A stretch of 64,000 nucleotides of DNA from a virus. The position numbers were made by a program, and so were the translations under genes. Location: IMG/VR virus record IMGVR_UViG_3300042934_000426, positions 40,951 through 104,950 of that record. The stretch is one strand, 5' to 3'. The notes under the pieces are model-generated. The model ran no database searches. It was not told the origin of the DNA and worked only from the letters and a program-made list of their open reading frames with translations. Shown here one piece after another: positions 48,233 through 58,797 of the stretch; position 1 is the first letter of the stretch; each line of letters opens with the position of its first letter.

Positions 48233-48426
48233 ATGGGAAACCTTCTATTACGTACGAGTTGGTACGTAGTAATGGTGTCACAGAGGTTTTGATTTTCAAA
48301 AATTATTTTTTTATTTTTCTTCACCTGAAGGATAAAAATAAAAAATTTTTCTCTTAGACTTCGAACGTCTGCATGCCACTATTACGTATCAACTCGTACG
48401 TAATAGAGGGTTTCCCAAAATTTTTT
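48233..48426. repeat. ~190-bp intergenic element B, inverted homologue of element A
   Basis: 26-bp dyads at 48246-48271 and 48380-48405, with the same 134-bp spacing as in A. Confidence 0.9.
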
Positions 48427-48477
48427 AAGAAAAAGAGGGCTAAAAACCCTCTTTTTCAGAATTGTTTCTTTATCTTA

Positions 48478-51400
48478 CTAAAGCATTATAACCAGTTTTA
48501 GGGACTTCGCTACCGCTTTCCCTTGGGTTGTTCCACTTCCGACTTTTAAATCACTTGTCTTCGGTGTTTTCACCTTCGGAAGTGTTTGGTTTTGCGCCCC
48601 TTTCGGCTTGGCACCCGCTTTACGCTTGGCGCTTCGTGAAAACCCTCTTCCTGTCATAGCACGGGCTGAAGCGGTATCACTCAACTTGTCTTGCTTCTCT
48701 AGTTGCTTCGTTGAATTCACCACATTCGAAATATTCTTCATTTTCGTATCCTGTGCGTCAAACATGAAGTCTTCGATGGTTCCAGGCATATGAAGCGATT
48801 CGACACGGGTTGTGTTGGCTCTGCCTACTGCCTTATGGGACTTCCAGCTATCCGAACGTCTGACACGGGCGGTAAACTGTGCCATTTTCTGTGGGTTCCA
48901 GTCTTGGTCGAAGTGTATCATCATGTGAGCGTTTCCGAAGTCAACGCCTTCTTTACCCGCTGGTGATACCGTCGTTGCCCATAGGTGACCTTGGTTGTTC
49001 ACGTAGTCCGCTCCGCTATCAGCCTTCGAACCACGGAAGCCTACCTTCGTATCTTCACGGTCTGTCGCTTCCCCTGTGAACTGTCCATGACCGAACTTGT
49101 CGCCTACCTTCGAAGCCCACTTATGCAATTCAGGATGTCCCGTTTCAGGGTGTGCCAGGTCTTTTAGTACTCCGTCCACAATGTCCGTTCCGAAAGTAGT
49201 GTAAGAAGACTTCACCACTAGCTTCGGCATGATTTCAGGCTTACCAGCCTTACGTCTTTCGTTGTTCTCATGAGCTACTTCATCCAGGTACTTCGATACA
49301 CGTTCCTTCAGGTAATCAGCCTTCGGGTTGTTGTGGTGAAGTGGAGCTAGAAGCTTTGGTGACCCGTCTTCGTTTTTCAGGTAACCGCCTTTGCCATCGC
49401 TTTCATAATAACGCTTGTGACCGTCCCCGTCTACTTCGAAAGGAATCGGCTCGCTCTTATCCTTTTTGTCCCCGCTTGTAGTCTGCTGTACTCCTGTGGC
49501 TTCGCTATCGAAGGCATTGGAACCAGGGACATACATTTTGCTCGCTAGTGGGGCGTTTAGGTACTTCTGAAGCTTCTGCATAGCGGTTAAATAGTTTTGG
49601 CTCTTCTTCCCGCTGGCATTATCGAAGCCCGTTGTAGAAGCTTGCTGAAGTTCCTGAAGCTTCGACTTCGGAAGGTACTTTTCCTGAAGCTGGCTGTACT
49701 CGTCGTACATTTTTTGCATGCTCGGCTTCATATTCGTCGGCTTGAACGTACGAACTTCGTACTCTTCCCCGCTCTTCGCTTTGGCTGTGACTGTGCCTTC
49801 GTCGAAGTCGGTGATACTATGCTTCGTTCCATAGTAGTCGTTGGTCGCATGGTCACGGCTTCGGTCTACTAAGTTACCTACGAAGTCATTTTGTGGGTTC
49901 GGATTGTCAGGCGTTCCACTCGCTCCTGATAAGTGTGGGAAGTGGATTTTCGAACCGTCGTTAAACTTTACATCTTCCCCGCCACGGAATTGAACGAAGT
50001 TGGCTAGAATGTCCCCTAGCTTACCCGCCTTCGCTGGGTTGACCCCGACGATTTTCCCGTTTCGGTCTTTAATCATATACTCATTGGTGAATTCCTGACG
50101 TGAGCCTAGCTCATGTTTCCCGCCTGAAATGGTGTCAATTAAGCTGTGAATCTCACGGGCGTCATTTTCCATTGGCGTTCCTGATAAGCCCCATACGTTT
50201 TTGAACTTGTCGGTCGCTTCGGCTAGAGACTTCCCGCGCTTCCCGCCCTGGTTCTTAAAGGCGTGTACTTCGTCAATCGTAATGTTATCGTACAATCCCG
50301 AAGCTGTTAACGCGTCTTTGTTTCTCATAAAGGTGTCATAGCTCATGATATGGAAGTCATGGTCAGAATCGTGGTGAGCGTCTAGGTTGTTTAGCAAGTC
50401 CTTCGTATGAACGACTTCGTGCTCTTTACCCGCTTGACCCCACAGTTTCTTACCGTCTTCACCCTTCGTATGACCGCTGAAAGACGAAGACCCCCCGATA
50501 AACGCACCCTTCATTGAAGTGTGGTCGGTGATTTCCTTACCCCAATCGGACATAATCCCCTTCGGAGCCACAATGAGCGTTTTCTTCGGCTTTTGTCCCT
50601 TAGATAATTGCTTCGCCTTATAATGGGCGTGAGCGACAACCCCTAGAATGGTCTTACCTGTTCCCATTCCGTGACCCGCAATACCACGCTTACGCTCGAC
50701 TAGGTGAGCTACCCCTTGTAGCTGTGTGCCGTACAATCCTTGCTTTTCATCCATAAGGAAGCTCTTCGGATTGAATTGAGCCTTGTAGTGGTCATCGAAG
50801 CTTCCGCGCTTCGTATTGACTTGTGACGGCTGGTAGTTTTCCTGGTAATATTTACGTCCTTCGGGACTGTCAATATCACGGAATACTCGGTCTTTACTTC
50901 GGAAGTAGTCGGCTAGGTGCTCCTGTGCGTCATGTGCCATCGAGATACCGCTACCTTCACGGGAAAGTATGTCCCGAAGTTCTTCGAACTTATTGGTGGA
51001 CACTTTCGCTATACCGTCCTTACTTACTGCAACCCCTTCGCTCGCTACTACGTCCCGAAGGTGTTCAGGAACGTGCAAGTCTAGGTCTTTGGTGTAACTC
51101 GACTTGAATTGCTTCAATAACCCTTTGCCCGCCTTCGAGCGTCCTAAGACCTTCTCTAAGCGTTTCATTTGGCTATCGTTTAATTCCAGGTCTTTCTTCA
51201 GGTTGCCTTCTTTATCGAAGGCGGTGGTGTTGATTTTGGCTTTCTTTAGCGCTTCGGCAAATAAGGTTTTCGCCTTTTCTGCTCTAGCTGTATCACGTTT
51301 GCCTTCCGAAGCTGGTTTGAATAGGTCATTCGTGTTCATACGGTGTGTACCCGTTTGACCCACTTTCAATACGGCATTACCGCTATTGGATAAGGTACGC

Positions 51401-54400
51401 CCTTTTTCCTTCGCTGGTTTCAGCTCATTCTTATTGAATAGCCCGACAAGCTGACCGTCGCTGTTGATAACCTGGAAAGCTCCGTTTTCCGTTTCCTGAG
51501 TAATCTTACCCTTTTTCCATGTGTTTCCGTCTTGGTACATGACCGCATTGCCTTGTTTCATTTTGACGTCATTCACATTGGTATGTTTTCGGTCGACTAA
51601 TTTCCCATTTTTGAATAAAGCTTTGATAGGTTCGCCTGTCGAAGGGTCTACTGCTCCCTTCGGAATATCGCGACTATCAATGTATCGATATCCCTTATAG
51701 GTTCCTGAAGCCACTACAGGAGCGCCTTTCCCATCGTATAGTAGCTCAATATGGTGCCCCAATGCGTCCCCAATGTGGACGTCACTTCCCGCATGAGCCG
51801 TTACCCAGGCACGATTACCGACGGCATTTTTCATGACTTCGTGAAGGTCTTCAGCCGTATTCACGTCTTTATGTTGCTTCAGAAGTCTAGCCATGATAGG
51901 GTCAGTGATTTTCCCGCTTCCATCCACTTCGATAACGTTTTGGGTGCCGTCTTCGTTTTCTTGGGCAAAGGTCTTACGTCCCGTCTTCGCGTCGTGGTCA
52001 ACTAGCTTGAAGTTCTTGTGCGTCATTTCGTCTTGCATACCTAGTCTTGTTTGGCTTCGGAAGCTCTTGGCTTCGTCTTCGGATAGCTCCTTGAACATCG
52101 GGCTTGTGCCGTCTTTGTTAGCGTCCGCTAGTAACTTTTCCGAAGAGTTGATATTCGTCCCCAGGTACTTGTTTAGCTTTGACCAGCTATGCGCGATATC
52201 GTCAGTTGCAAAGTGCTCTCCTGTTTCAGGGTCGAAGGCTTCGGAAATGTATGATGTATAGTTATTTTTCTTGTCGTCCATACGGTGAGCGACTTGAACA
52301 ACCATACTTTTCCCTGTCGTTGGGTTACCAATTTGGTAGTGCCCTTCAGGTATCATACGCTTCGTCATTTCTTCTCCCGCACGGGTCATTTCCTTTTGTC
52401 CGATTAGGCTAGCCAGCTCGTCCGTTGATAGGTCTTTCTTTGCCATTTCCTGTATGGTTGAACTCATACCATCTTGGCTTCGAAGTGCCATAGAGTTAGC
52501 GGTTTTCGAGATAGCTTCGAAGTCGGCTTTGTGCTCCTTAAAGAAGTTTTCAGCGTCCTTTTTGGCTGGCTTCGTAATGCCGTTTTCTTCTAGGTATTGC
52601 TTGTATGCTTCCACTTTGTCCTGAAGGAAATTGGCGACGTCTTCCGTTAGGATTTTATGCCCTACGAAGCGTTTTCGCTCTTCGTCACCCATTGAATCGT
52701 AGGCTTCTTTTTCTTCGTCGGATAAAGTGTGATACATGCCGATACCTTTATGGCTATGTTCCTTCGCTTTTTGCTTAATTCCGCTTACGTGGTCTTTCAG
52801 GTTCTCTAAGTCCTCTTCGAAGGCTTGAATTCCCATATCTAAGCGGTCTTTGTCTTCGTCCCCGTGGTTGAATTCCAGCTCGCCTGTTTCGTGGTTGATT
52901 TTCGCCCCGAATTTGTTCATGTGCATATCCTTCGCACGGGCGGTCTTCTTCGAATCGTCTTTAATCTTTGCCCACTCTTCATGAGCTTTGGCTTCCTTGT
53001 TCTTACGGTGCTCGGCTAGTTCTTCCTCTTCATGGTGGAATTCTAGTCCTTCTTCCTGGTCAGTGATACCATGGTTTTTCGCTTGTTCCTCTCGGTGGCT
53101 AGAGTTTTTAGAATCGTACTTGATTTCCCCATCACCTGTGATAAGGATTTTTTTACCGCCCCAGCTAATCCACGCTGACCCAGGATTCTTGACGAGAAGT
53201 TCTTCAGACCAGGTAAGTGCCCCTTGTTTCTGCTTTACCCGTTCCTGTTGCGTCTTCGCCATTCCCTGAATCTTAGCCTTGTTCTTTTTTGCGTATTCGC
53301 TTGCCTTTGCATTGGTGGAGCTATTCGAAGCCCCTTTATGGGCAAACATCGACTTTTGAAGCTCTTCGAATTCACCGAACGCCTTACGAAGCTCTTCGGA
53401 AGCTGGTAATGTGTGCTCGACGATTCGTGCACTTACCTGTCCTTCGTCATTAACGATATAGGCTCCGACGTACTCAGTAGGTGATAGAGATTTCTTAATA
53501 TCGAATAACGTTTCACCTGTTGCTACTCTTGTAAACTTCTGACGAAGGATACTCGCGTCAAGACCCCAGCTATTAAGGGACTTAATCAGGTTCAATTCGT
53601 ACCATGACTTCAAAATCATATTGAAGACGAAGCTCTTTAGCATAGCGAGCTGTTGAATGGCTGGATGATTGTTCGCATGAGCCTGAGCGATTTTCCCCAT
53701 AGCGCTTCGAACCCACTTGTCTACCCATTTTTCTCCATAGCTTGTTCCATGCACAGCATTATAGCGGTCAGCGATTTCCTGATTCGTTAAGTTCGCTTGG
53801 TTACGCTTTTCGGAAGGCTGGGAGAACTTATACGTCATCAGTTTAATTTCATCGTCACTTAATCCCATATCAGCCATAGCTTTCGGAAGTGTGCCTTCTA
53901 GTTCCTTCTGACGCTCTTTACGCTCATACACTTCTTCAGGGGAACGCCCTTCGTCCTGGATATTGCTTGTAATCGTTACGCTACCTTCTTCCGAAGCACG
54001 GTTCTTGTCGGCTGATACCGTCTTCTGCTGGCTTGCATAGGCACGAAGCTGACGAACACGTTCGGCTGGGTCGGTTTCTTGTTTGTTAGTCGCCACCCAC
54101 TCGCTTTTCTTATCATCCCAATAAGGAGCCTTGACGATTGGCGCTTCCTTGAATTCCTTCGAATTCTTCATAAGATGTGCGCCTAGTTCTTCGTCCGAAG
54201 GCGTACGTCCTAGCTCATGAGATAGCTGAGTGTGGGCGTTGTTCATATCCACATTTGCCATACGAACGGCATGCGGTAATGGGATATCGTTTAAGAAGTC
54301 ATACACGTCGTTTTTCAGCTTATCTTTGATACGTTGAGCTACATGTGCCCCCATATCGGCTGAAGGGTGCTGAGTGCCCGCCATGACGTTGTGGAGGGTT

Positions 54401-55386
54401 TCGAACATCGTCGCACGCGCTGACTGAAGCATATCACCATAGAAGCCTGTTTCCTGGTTGATGACGTTCTCGCTTCGGGTCGCTTTGTTCCCGATTCGGT
54501 TGATTTGCGAAGCTAGGTTCATACCTAGGGCACGACCACGCTTTAATACTAGGTGACGAGCAAACTTGTCATTCGCGTCTGTAATTTCTCCCGCTAACTT
54601 CTTAATGTCTTCGGCATTACGCTTTTCAGGTGGTAAGCTCATAAGCTTTTGTACCTTTGATGATTCCCACATTTCCGTAATGGAAGCATTATCCTTCGTA
54701 GCCGTTGCTTCGTTGAAATCCTGGACTTCTTGGTTCGCTTTATGGTTATCTTCGGTTTTGGTTAGGCGTTTAACAGGGTCAAGCTCTACGCGCTTAATCG
54801 CTGGTGCTTCTAAGTCACGCTTCTTTTTCGCTTGTCGAATCGCTTTGTTTTCAGCCGTCGCCTTCTTTTTCATATCCTTGACCTTTGCGGTTTGCGCTTT
54901 CTTCCGCTCTTTGGTTGTCTTGTTGACTTCCTTCATCACCTGTTTAACGGTAGGCTTTTTTGCTTCCGAAGCTGTTTTCGCCTTCTTTGCTGGTGCTTTC
55001 GTTGTCGGGTCAGCGATTACCTTTGCTTTACCTGTACCGTTTGCCTTCGTAGCGGTTTTGGTGGCTTTAGTTTTTTCTACCTTTGCCTTCGTTGCCTTCT
55101 TTTTCTTTTTGTCCGCTTTTTGGGCGTCCATGACCTTCTTATGGTCATTCGCATGAAGAACACTGTCCTTCGCTACTTTTGTGAGTTTTCCTTCGTCCGT
55201 CCGTACTTTGTAATGTCCGTCCCCGACTTCCTGGACTACCCCCGTTTTCCCTGTCTTCGTGACTACTCGGCTACCGCCTTTGACGGTGCTGAATTTACCG
55301 AACTTGTCCCGTGGGTGCATTTCTTCCCGCCAGCTTTTTTCAAGCTGAGAAGACAAGTCGATAAAAAGGAATGGTCTTGTTGCCAT
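48478..55386 (-). CDS. Giant polyvalent protein: sigma70-like domain plus SNF2 helicase
   Basis: N-terminal HPRD..GKF motif, KOW/SH3-like segment, Lys-rich linker, sigma regions 2-4-like segment; SNF2 motifs GMGTGKT, IDEVH, LSGTPMEN, EGVD, DWNP and QFTARVRR. Confidence 0.85.
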   Translation of the reverse strand: MATRPFLFIDLSSQLEKSWREEMHPRDKFGKFSTVKGGSRVVTKTGKTGVVQEVGDGHYKVRTDEGKLTKVAKDSVLHANDHKKVMDAQKADKKKKKATKAKVEKTKATKTATKANGTGKAKVIADPTTKAPAKKAKTASEAKKPTVKQVMKEVNKTTKERKKAQTAKVKDMKKKATAENKAIRQAKKKRDLEAPAIKRVELDPVKRLTKTEDNHKANQEVQDFNEATATKDNASITEMWESSKVQKLMSLPPEKRNAEDIKKLAGEITDANDKFARHLVLKRGRALGMNLASQINRIGNKATRSENVINQETGFYGDMLQSARATMFETLHNVMAGTQHPSADMGAHVAQRIKDKLKNDVYDFLNDIPLPHAVRMANVDMNNAHTQLSHELGRTPSDEELGAHLMKNSKEFKEAPIVKAPYWDDKKSEWVATNKQETDPAERVRQLRAYASQQKTVSADKNRASEEGSVTITSNIQDEGRSPEEVYERKERQKELEGTLPKAMADMGLSDDEIKLMTYKFSQPSEKRNQANLTNQEIADRYNAVHGTSYGEKWVDKWVRSAMGKIAQAHANNHPAIQQLAMLKSFVFNMILKSWYELNLIKSLNSWGLDASILRQKFTRVATGETLFDIKKSLSPTEYVGAYIVNDEGQVSARIVEHTLPASEELRKAFGEFEELQKSMFAHKGASNSSTNAKASEYAKKNKAKIQGMAKTQQERVKQKQGALTWSEELLVKNPGSAWISWGGKKILITGDGEIKYDSKNSSHREEQAKNHGITDQEEGLEFHHEEEELAEHRKNKEAKAHEEWAKIKDDSKKTARAKDMHMNKFGAKINHETGELEFNHGDEDKDRLDMGIQAFEEDLENLKDHVSGIKQKAKEHSHKGIGMYHTLSDEEKEAYDSMGDEERKRFVGHKILTEDVANFLQDKVEAYKQYLEENGITKPAKKDAENFFKEHKADFEAISKTANSMALRSQDGMSSTIQEMAKKDLSTDELASLIGQKEMTRAGEEMTKRMIPEGHYQIGNPTTGKSMVVQVAHRMDDKKNNYTSYISEAFDPETGEHFATDDIAHSWSKLNKYLGTNINSSEKLLADANKDGTSPMFKELSEDEAKSFRSQTRLGMQDEMTHKNFKLVDHDAKTGRKTFAQENEDGTQNVIEVDGSGKITDPIMARLLKQHKDVNTAEDLHEVMKNAVGNRAWVTAHAGSDVHIGDALGHHIELLYDGKGAPVVASGTYKGYRYIDSRDIPKGAVDPSTGEPIKALFKNGKLVDRKHTNVNDVKMKQGNAVMYQDGNTWKKGKITQETENGAFQVINSDGQLVGLFNKNELKPAKEKGRTLSNSGNAVLKVGQTGTHRMNTNDLFKPASEGKRDTARAEKAKTLFAEALKKAKINTTAFDKEGNLKKDLELNDSQMKRLEKVLGRSKAGKGLLKQFKSSYTKDLDLHVPEHLRDVVASEGVAVSKDGIAKVSTNKFEELRDILSREGSGISMAHDAQEHLADYFRSKDRVFRDIDSPEGRKYYQENYQPSQVNTKRGSFDDHYKAQFNPKSFLMDEKQGLYGTQLQGVAHLVERKRGIAGHGMGTGKTILGVVAHAHYKAKQLSKGQKPKKTLIVAPKGIMSDWGKEITDHTSMKGAFIGGSSSFSGHTKGEDGKKLWGQAGKEHEVVHTKDLLNNLDAHHDSDHDFHIMSYDTFMRNKDALTASGLYDNITIDEVHAFKNQGGKRGKSLAEATDKFKNVWGLSGTPMENDAREIHSLIDTISGGKHELGSRQEFTNEYMIKDRNGKIVGVNPAKAGKLGDILANFVQFRGGEDVKFNDGSKIHFPHLSGASGTPDNPNPQNDFVGNLVDRSRDHATNDYYGTKHSITDFDEGTVTAKAKSGEEYEVRTFKPTNMKPSMQKMYDEYSQLQEKYLPKSKLQELQQASTTGFDNASGKKSQNYLTAMQKLQKYLNAPLASKMYVPGSNAFDSEATGVQQTTSGDKKDKSEPIPFEVDGDGHKRYYESDGKGGYLKNEDGSPKLLAPLHHNNPKADYLKERVSKYLDEVAHENNERRKAGKPEIMPKLVVKSSYTTFGTDIVDGVLKDLAHPETGHPELHKWASKVGDKFGHGQFTGEATDREDTKVGFRGSKADSGADYVNNQGHLWATTVSPAGKEGVDFGNAHMMIHFDQDWNPQKMAQFTARVRRSDSWKSHKAVGRANTTRVESLHMPGTIEDFMFDAQDTKMKNISNVVNSTKQLEKQDKLSDTASARAMTGRGFSRSAKRKAGAKPKGAQNQTLPKVKTPKTSDLKVGSGTTQGKAVAKSLKLVIML

Positions 55387-55467
55387 TTGGTCTACCCCCT
55401 TCGTTAAATAGAAAAGGCTTCTTCCGAAGCCCCTTCGTTGTCCTTCTTATTTTAGCAAACATTGGCA

Positions 55468-58400
55468 CTACTTGGCTATCGGAATTACGAGCATACCTTC
55501 AGAAGAAGTTTTTCCCTTCACGACGATTTCACCGTCCACGGCTCTTATGTGGTCAGGCTTCGGAAGAGCGATAACATACGCCTGGCTTTCATTGTACAGG
55601 TCATAGTTACTCCTAGCGTAACCTTGTGCCTGGCTGTATAGGGTCGAGAAGCACGTATAAGAATTGTTCTTGTCTGCGTCGTTTCCTTTACCCTTCGATT
55701 CAACGAAGCCGTTCTTTCGGATAAAGTCTAGCTCCTTTTGACCAATGCCACGGTAGATATAGTTTTCGTCGTCAGCGAATACCTCTTTGCCCAGGGCTTC
55801 CCTTCCGATTCGTCGAAGTTCGTCTTCGCTGAGTAACCTTCCGTGCTTCTTTTCATGGTGCTGGTGATGGTGCGTATGGGCTGGGTAGTGAAATCCCTTC
55901 CATACCTCCTGATACGCTTCGATTGCCCGCTGGCGTTCGATTTCATTCGGTGTATTCATGACCACACACGGAACATGGGTAAAGTCACACAGGTGACTAG
56001 CTTCGTAGCGGTGTTGACCGTCGTGTATATCATAATTGAAGCCTATCACAATCGGTTCTAGATTTTCACCCGCTACCATACGTTCGACGTTCTCCTGTAC
56101 CTTATCCCAATTCGTTGCCTTTTCCGTTTGGTAAACCGTTTTTAATCGGTTGAGTGGGATATAAATGACTTCCGAAGGATTCGGTACGTTATAAGCGCTT
56201 CGGCTACCCCTGAATTGGGCGTTTAGGTTGGTACTGTGTATACTACCTAATAACTCTTCTAGGCTCACCCGACGCATGTTTCCAGGTACGTCGAAGCTCT
56301 TCAGCAATTCCATTTCCAGGGCTTTCTTCAGGGCTTTGTTCTTCGAAATGTAGCTCACTAGGGCTTCCATGTGCTTGTGCATGTGGGCGCGTTCTTTTCC
56401 TAGTGGGAAAGGTGCTCCTAGGGCTTTGACCGCCCCTTCTTCTGTTCCATGCACCAGGTAGTTGTTATAGCGTTTGTCCTTCTTCAATTTATCCTGTACG
56501 TAGCTTTCGAAGACCCTGGCGAAGACTTCGGCTGGTTGTGACCAATAGTGTGCCCCGTTCTGTTGCTTGCCTGGCTGGGTCATTTCCATACGGCTCATGT
56601 ACTCACTTTTGCCTGTTTGGATTTCAATATGACCTCTGTACGGCTCACCGCTGTACTTCCCGCCATTTTGCTTTAGTTGAAGCTCTTTTGCCAGGTAGTG
56701 CGGTAGCTCGTTTAGTTCCCGTTTCCGCTTTTGTTCATACTTCTTAATCTCTTTTTCCCTAGCTGTGTCATTGCTATAGTAGGAGCTCGTCTTCACCCGA
56801 CTAATAGCGGTGTCATACTGGTTGTTAATCTTACTCGACCAATGCTGGTACACTTCTTCAGGCTTCATGCCACTACCGACTTGTCTACGCATTTCAGGGT
56901 AGTAGCGTCCGATACTCTTCGCTTCGGAATCGAGTAGGAGTTGGACTGTCCCGCCTGGCTCTCCTGGTGTCGGCTTCTCAATCGCTTCCATGACGTTGTT
57001 AAAAAGCTCTTTTAGCTTCGGGTCATGGTTGCCCATGCTTCCTTCCGAAGCGTGACCCAGGGATTCTTGTCCCCCATTGCTGTACTGATACATAATGTTA
57101 TCTAAGGCATGACCCCATTCGTGAGCTAGTGAACCCGCTCCCCCGTACTTCGTCATATTAATAACCTTACGGTCAGGTTCATAGTGAGCTAGTGAACCAC
57201 CCTTCCCTCTCGCTCCGAAGGCAATGGCTAGTCGTCCGTTAAGAGAAATATCCTTCGGGTCGATTCCCAGCACGTCGGATAGGTCGTTAAAGGCTTCGGC
57301 ACAGCGCTGAAGGTGGTACTTCCCGCTAGAATCATTGACCCAATTTCCGAACTCGACGCCACGCACCCCGAAGTCTTTCATCAGGTCTTCAGGCTTCATG
57401 ACCTTCGTTGGTTTCCCGCCTGTACGAAGGTGCTCGGCTTCGGCTTTGCGCTCCCATACCTTATTTTCTTCGCCTTTTTTCTTCGGTGCCTTTTTAGCTT
57501 GCGGGGTCAGGTACTTGTCCCATCCTTCTTTTGTGTTCTTGTTCACGGTCTGAATCGTTCGGTCACGGCTGTCCCAATCGGTAAAGAAGTTATTGAATTT
57601 CTCCCCCAGGGCTTCGAAGTTGAACGCTTGCTTATCCTTCATACCCTGAATAAAGCGGTCTTCGTATTCCTTTTTGAGCTTTTTGGCTTGCTCGATTTCT
57701 TCGGGCTTCAGTGGGAAACGCTCATACTGTGAAATACCGTTTGCGCGCTTCGTTTGATATTCAATCGTTCGTGCCCAGCTTGAAAGGTTCTTTGTGCTGG
57801 TATTGCGTCCGTATTCGGACAGTTCCCGAATGGCGTTACGCATATTTTCCCAGGTCTTAATCCCCGCTATTTGTCGATGAAACTTCGTCATAGCCACTAA
57901 GTAGGCTTTACGGGTTTCAGGTGTGGACGGGTCAGGCTTCGGAGCCATTCTATCGAAGAGCAATTTCTTCATGATAGCTGTTGGAAGCTCCGTCCCGTTG
58001 GCATGCTCGTCTTCGAAGCTGAATCCTGGTAGTAGGTTCGCCTTCGTGACCATCTTTTCCGCAATCGCCCCGCTCATTTTTTCTAACTCGTCTAGGCTCG
58101 TTGCGGTTGGCTTCGCCTTGAATCCAGCGATAAATTCGTCCTTACGTGCTCCCCCTACCTTGTCGCCTACGTCATACGCTAGTTCTCGATTCTTTTGGGC
58201 TTCGTGACGTGTATCTTTGGCGTTCTTTTTACCAGCGGTTTTGGGTTTGGTAGCTCCACCTTCGGAAGTGGCTTTGGGTTTTCCTGAAACAGGCTTTCCA
58301 GCTCCGCTTGACTTAGTTTCGGTGGTTGCTCCTTTGCTAGTACTTTTTGGTTTAGTTGTTTTAGTAGCACGTTTACCCGCTCCTTCTGTTTTCGTAGGTT

Positions 58401-58797
58401 TCGAAGTGGTTTTCTTAGGTGCTTTTGTGGTCTTCGGTTCTTTTACTTCCGAAGCTTGCTTGCTAGTCTTTTTTGGCTCTTTTCCTTTGCTTGCTCCTGA
58501 AGCTTTTTTAGGTTCGGCTTTGCCTTTACTTTTACCAGCATTTTTCTTCTCTCCCTTTTTGGGCTTCGAAGTTTTATCGTGATTTTCTTGGTGCTCTTTT
58601 AACTGTGCCTTCGTTGCCTTTTTTGCTCCCGAAGCTCCTGGGATAGCCCCCGCTAGCACTTTCCCATCTTTAATGTAAATATGGTGACCTTTAACGGTTT
58701 TCCACTCACCGCCAGGCGGTAGCTCTTTATGAACCGCCTTGGCTTGTGTCCGTGTAATCGCTTTGATTAGGTCAAATTCTCCTGGTTTGAGTATCAT
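55468..58797 (-). CDS. Polyvalent protein: LPD5/LPD1-like zincin, ParB-like and ART-like domains
   Basis: DVGDKVGGARKD; GVEFGNW...AHEWGHALD...EVFARVFESYV; PIVI...IHDGQHRYEA; YRGIG...CFST..YA. Confidence 0.8.
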   Translation of the reverse strand: MILKPGEFDLIKAITRTQAKAVHKELPPGGEWKTVKGHHIYIKDGKVLAGAIPGASGAKKATKAQLKEHQENHDKTSKPKKGEKKNAGKSKGKAEPKKASGASKGKEPKKTSKQASEVKEPKTTKAPKKTTSKPTKTEGAGKRATKTTKPKSTSKGATTETKSSGAGKPVSGKPKATSEGGATKPKTAGKKNAKDTRHEAQKNRELAYDVGDKVGGARKDEFIAGFKAKPTATSLDELEKMSGAIAEKMVTKANLLPGFSFEDEHANGTELPTAIMKKLLFDRMAPKPDPSTPETRKAYLVAMTKFHRQIAGIKTWENMRNAIRELSEYGRNTSTKNLSSWARTIEYQTKRANGISQYERFPLKPEEIEQAKKLKKEYEDRFIQGMKDKQAFNFEALGEKFNNFFTDWDSRDRTIQTVNKNTKEGWDKYLTPQAKKAPKKKGEENKVWERKAEAEHLRTGGKPTKVMKPEDLMKDFGVRGVEFGNWVNDSSGKYHLQRCAEAFNDLSDVLGIDPKDISLNGRLAIAFGARGKGGSLAHYEPDRKVINMTKYGGAGSLAHEWGHALDNIMYQYSNGGQESLGHASEGSMGNHDPKLKELFNNVMEAIEKPTPGEPGGTVQLLLDSEAKSIGRYYPEMRRQVGSGMKPEEVYQHWSSKINNQYDTAISRVKTSSYYSNDTAREKEIKKYEQKRKRELNELPHYLAKELQLKQNGGKYSGEPYRGHIEIQTGKSEYMSRMEMTQPGKQQNGAHYWSQPAEVFARVFESYVQDKLKKDKRYNNYLVHGTEEGAVKALGAPFPLGKERAHMHKHMEALVSYISKNKALKKALEMELLKSFDVPGNMRRVSLEELLGSIHSTNLNAQFRGSRSAYNVPNPSEVIYIPLNRLKTVYQTEKATNWDKVQENVERMVAGENLEPIVIGFNYDIHDGQHRYEASHLCDFTHVPCVVMNTPNEIERQRAIEAYQEVWKGFHYPAHTHHHQHHEKKHGRLLSEDELRRIGREALGKEVFADDENYIYRGIGQKELDFIRKNGFVESKGKGNDADKNNSYTCFSTLYSQAQGYARSNYDLYNESQAYVIALPKPDHIRAVDGEIVVKGKTSSEGMLVIPIAK

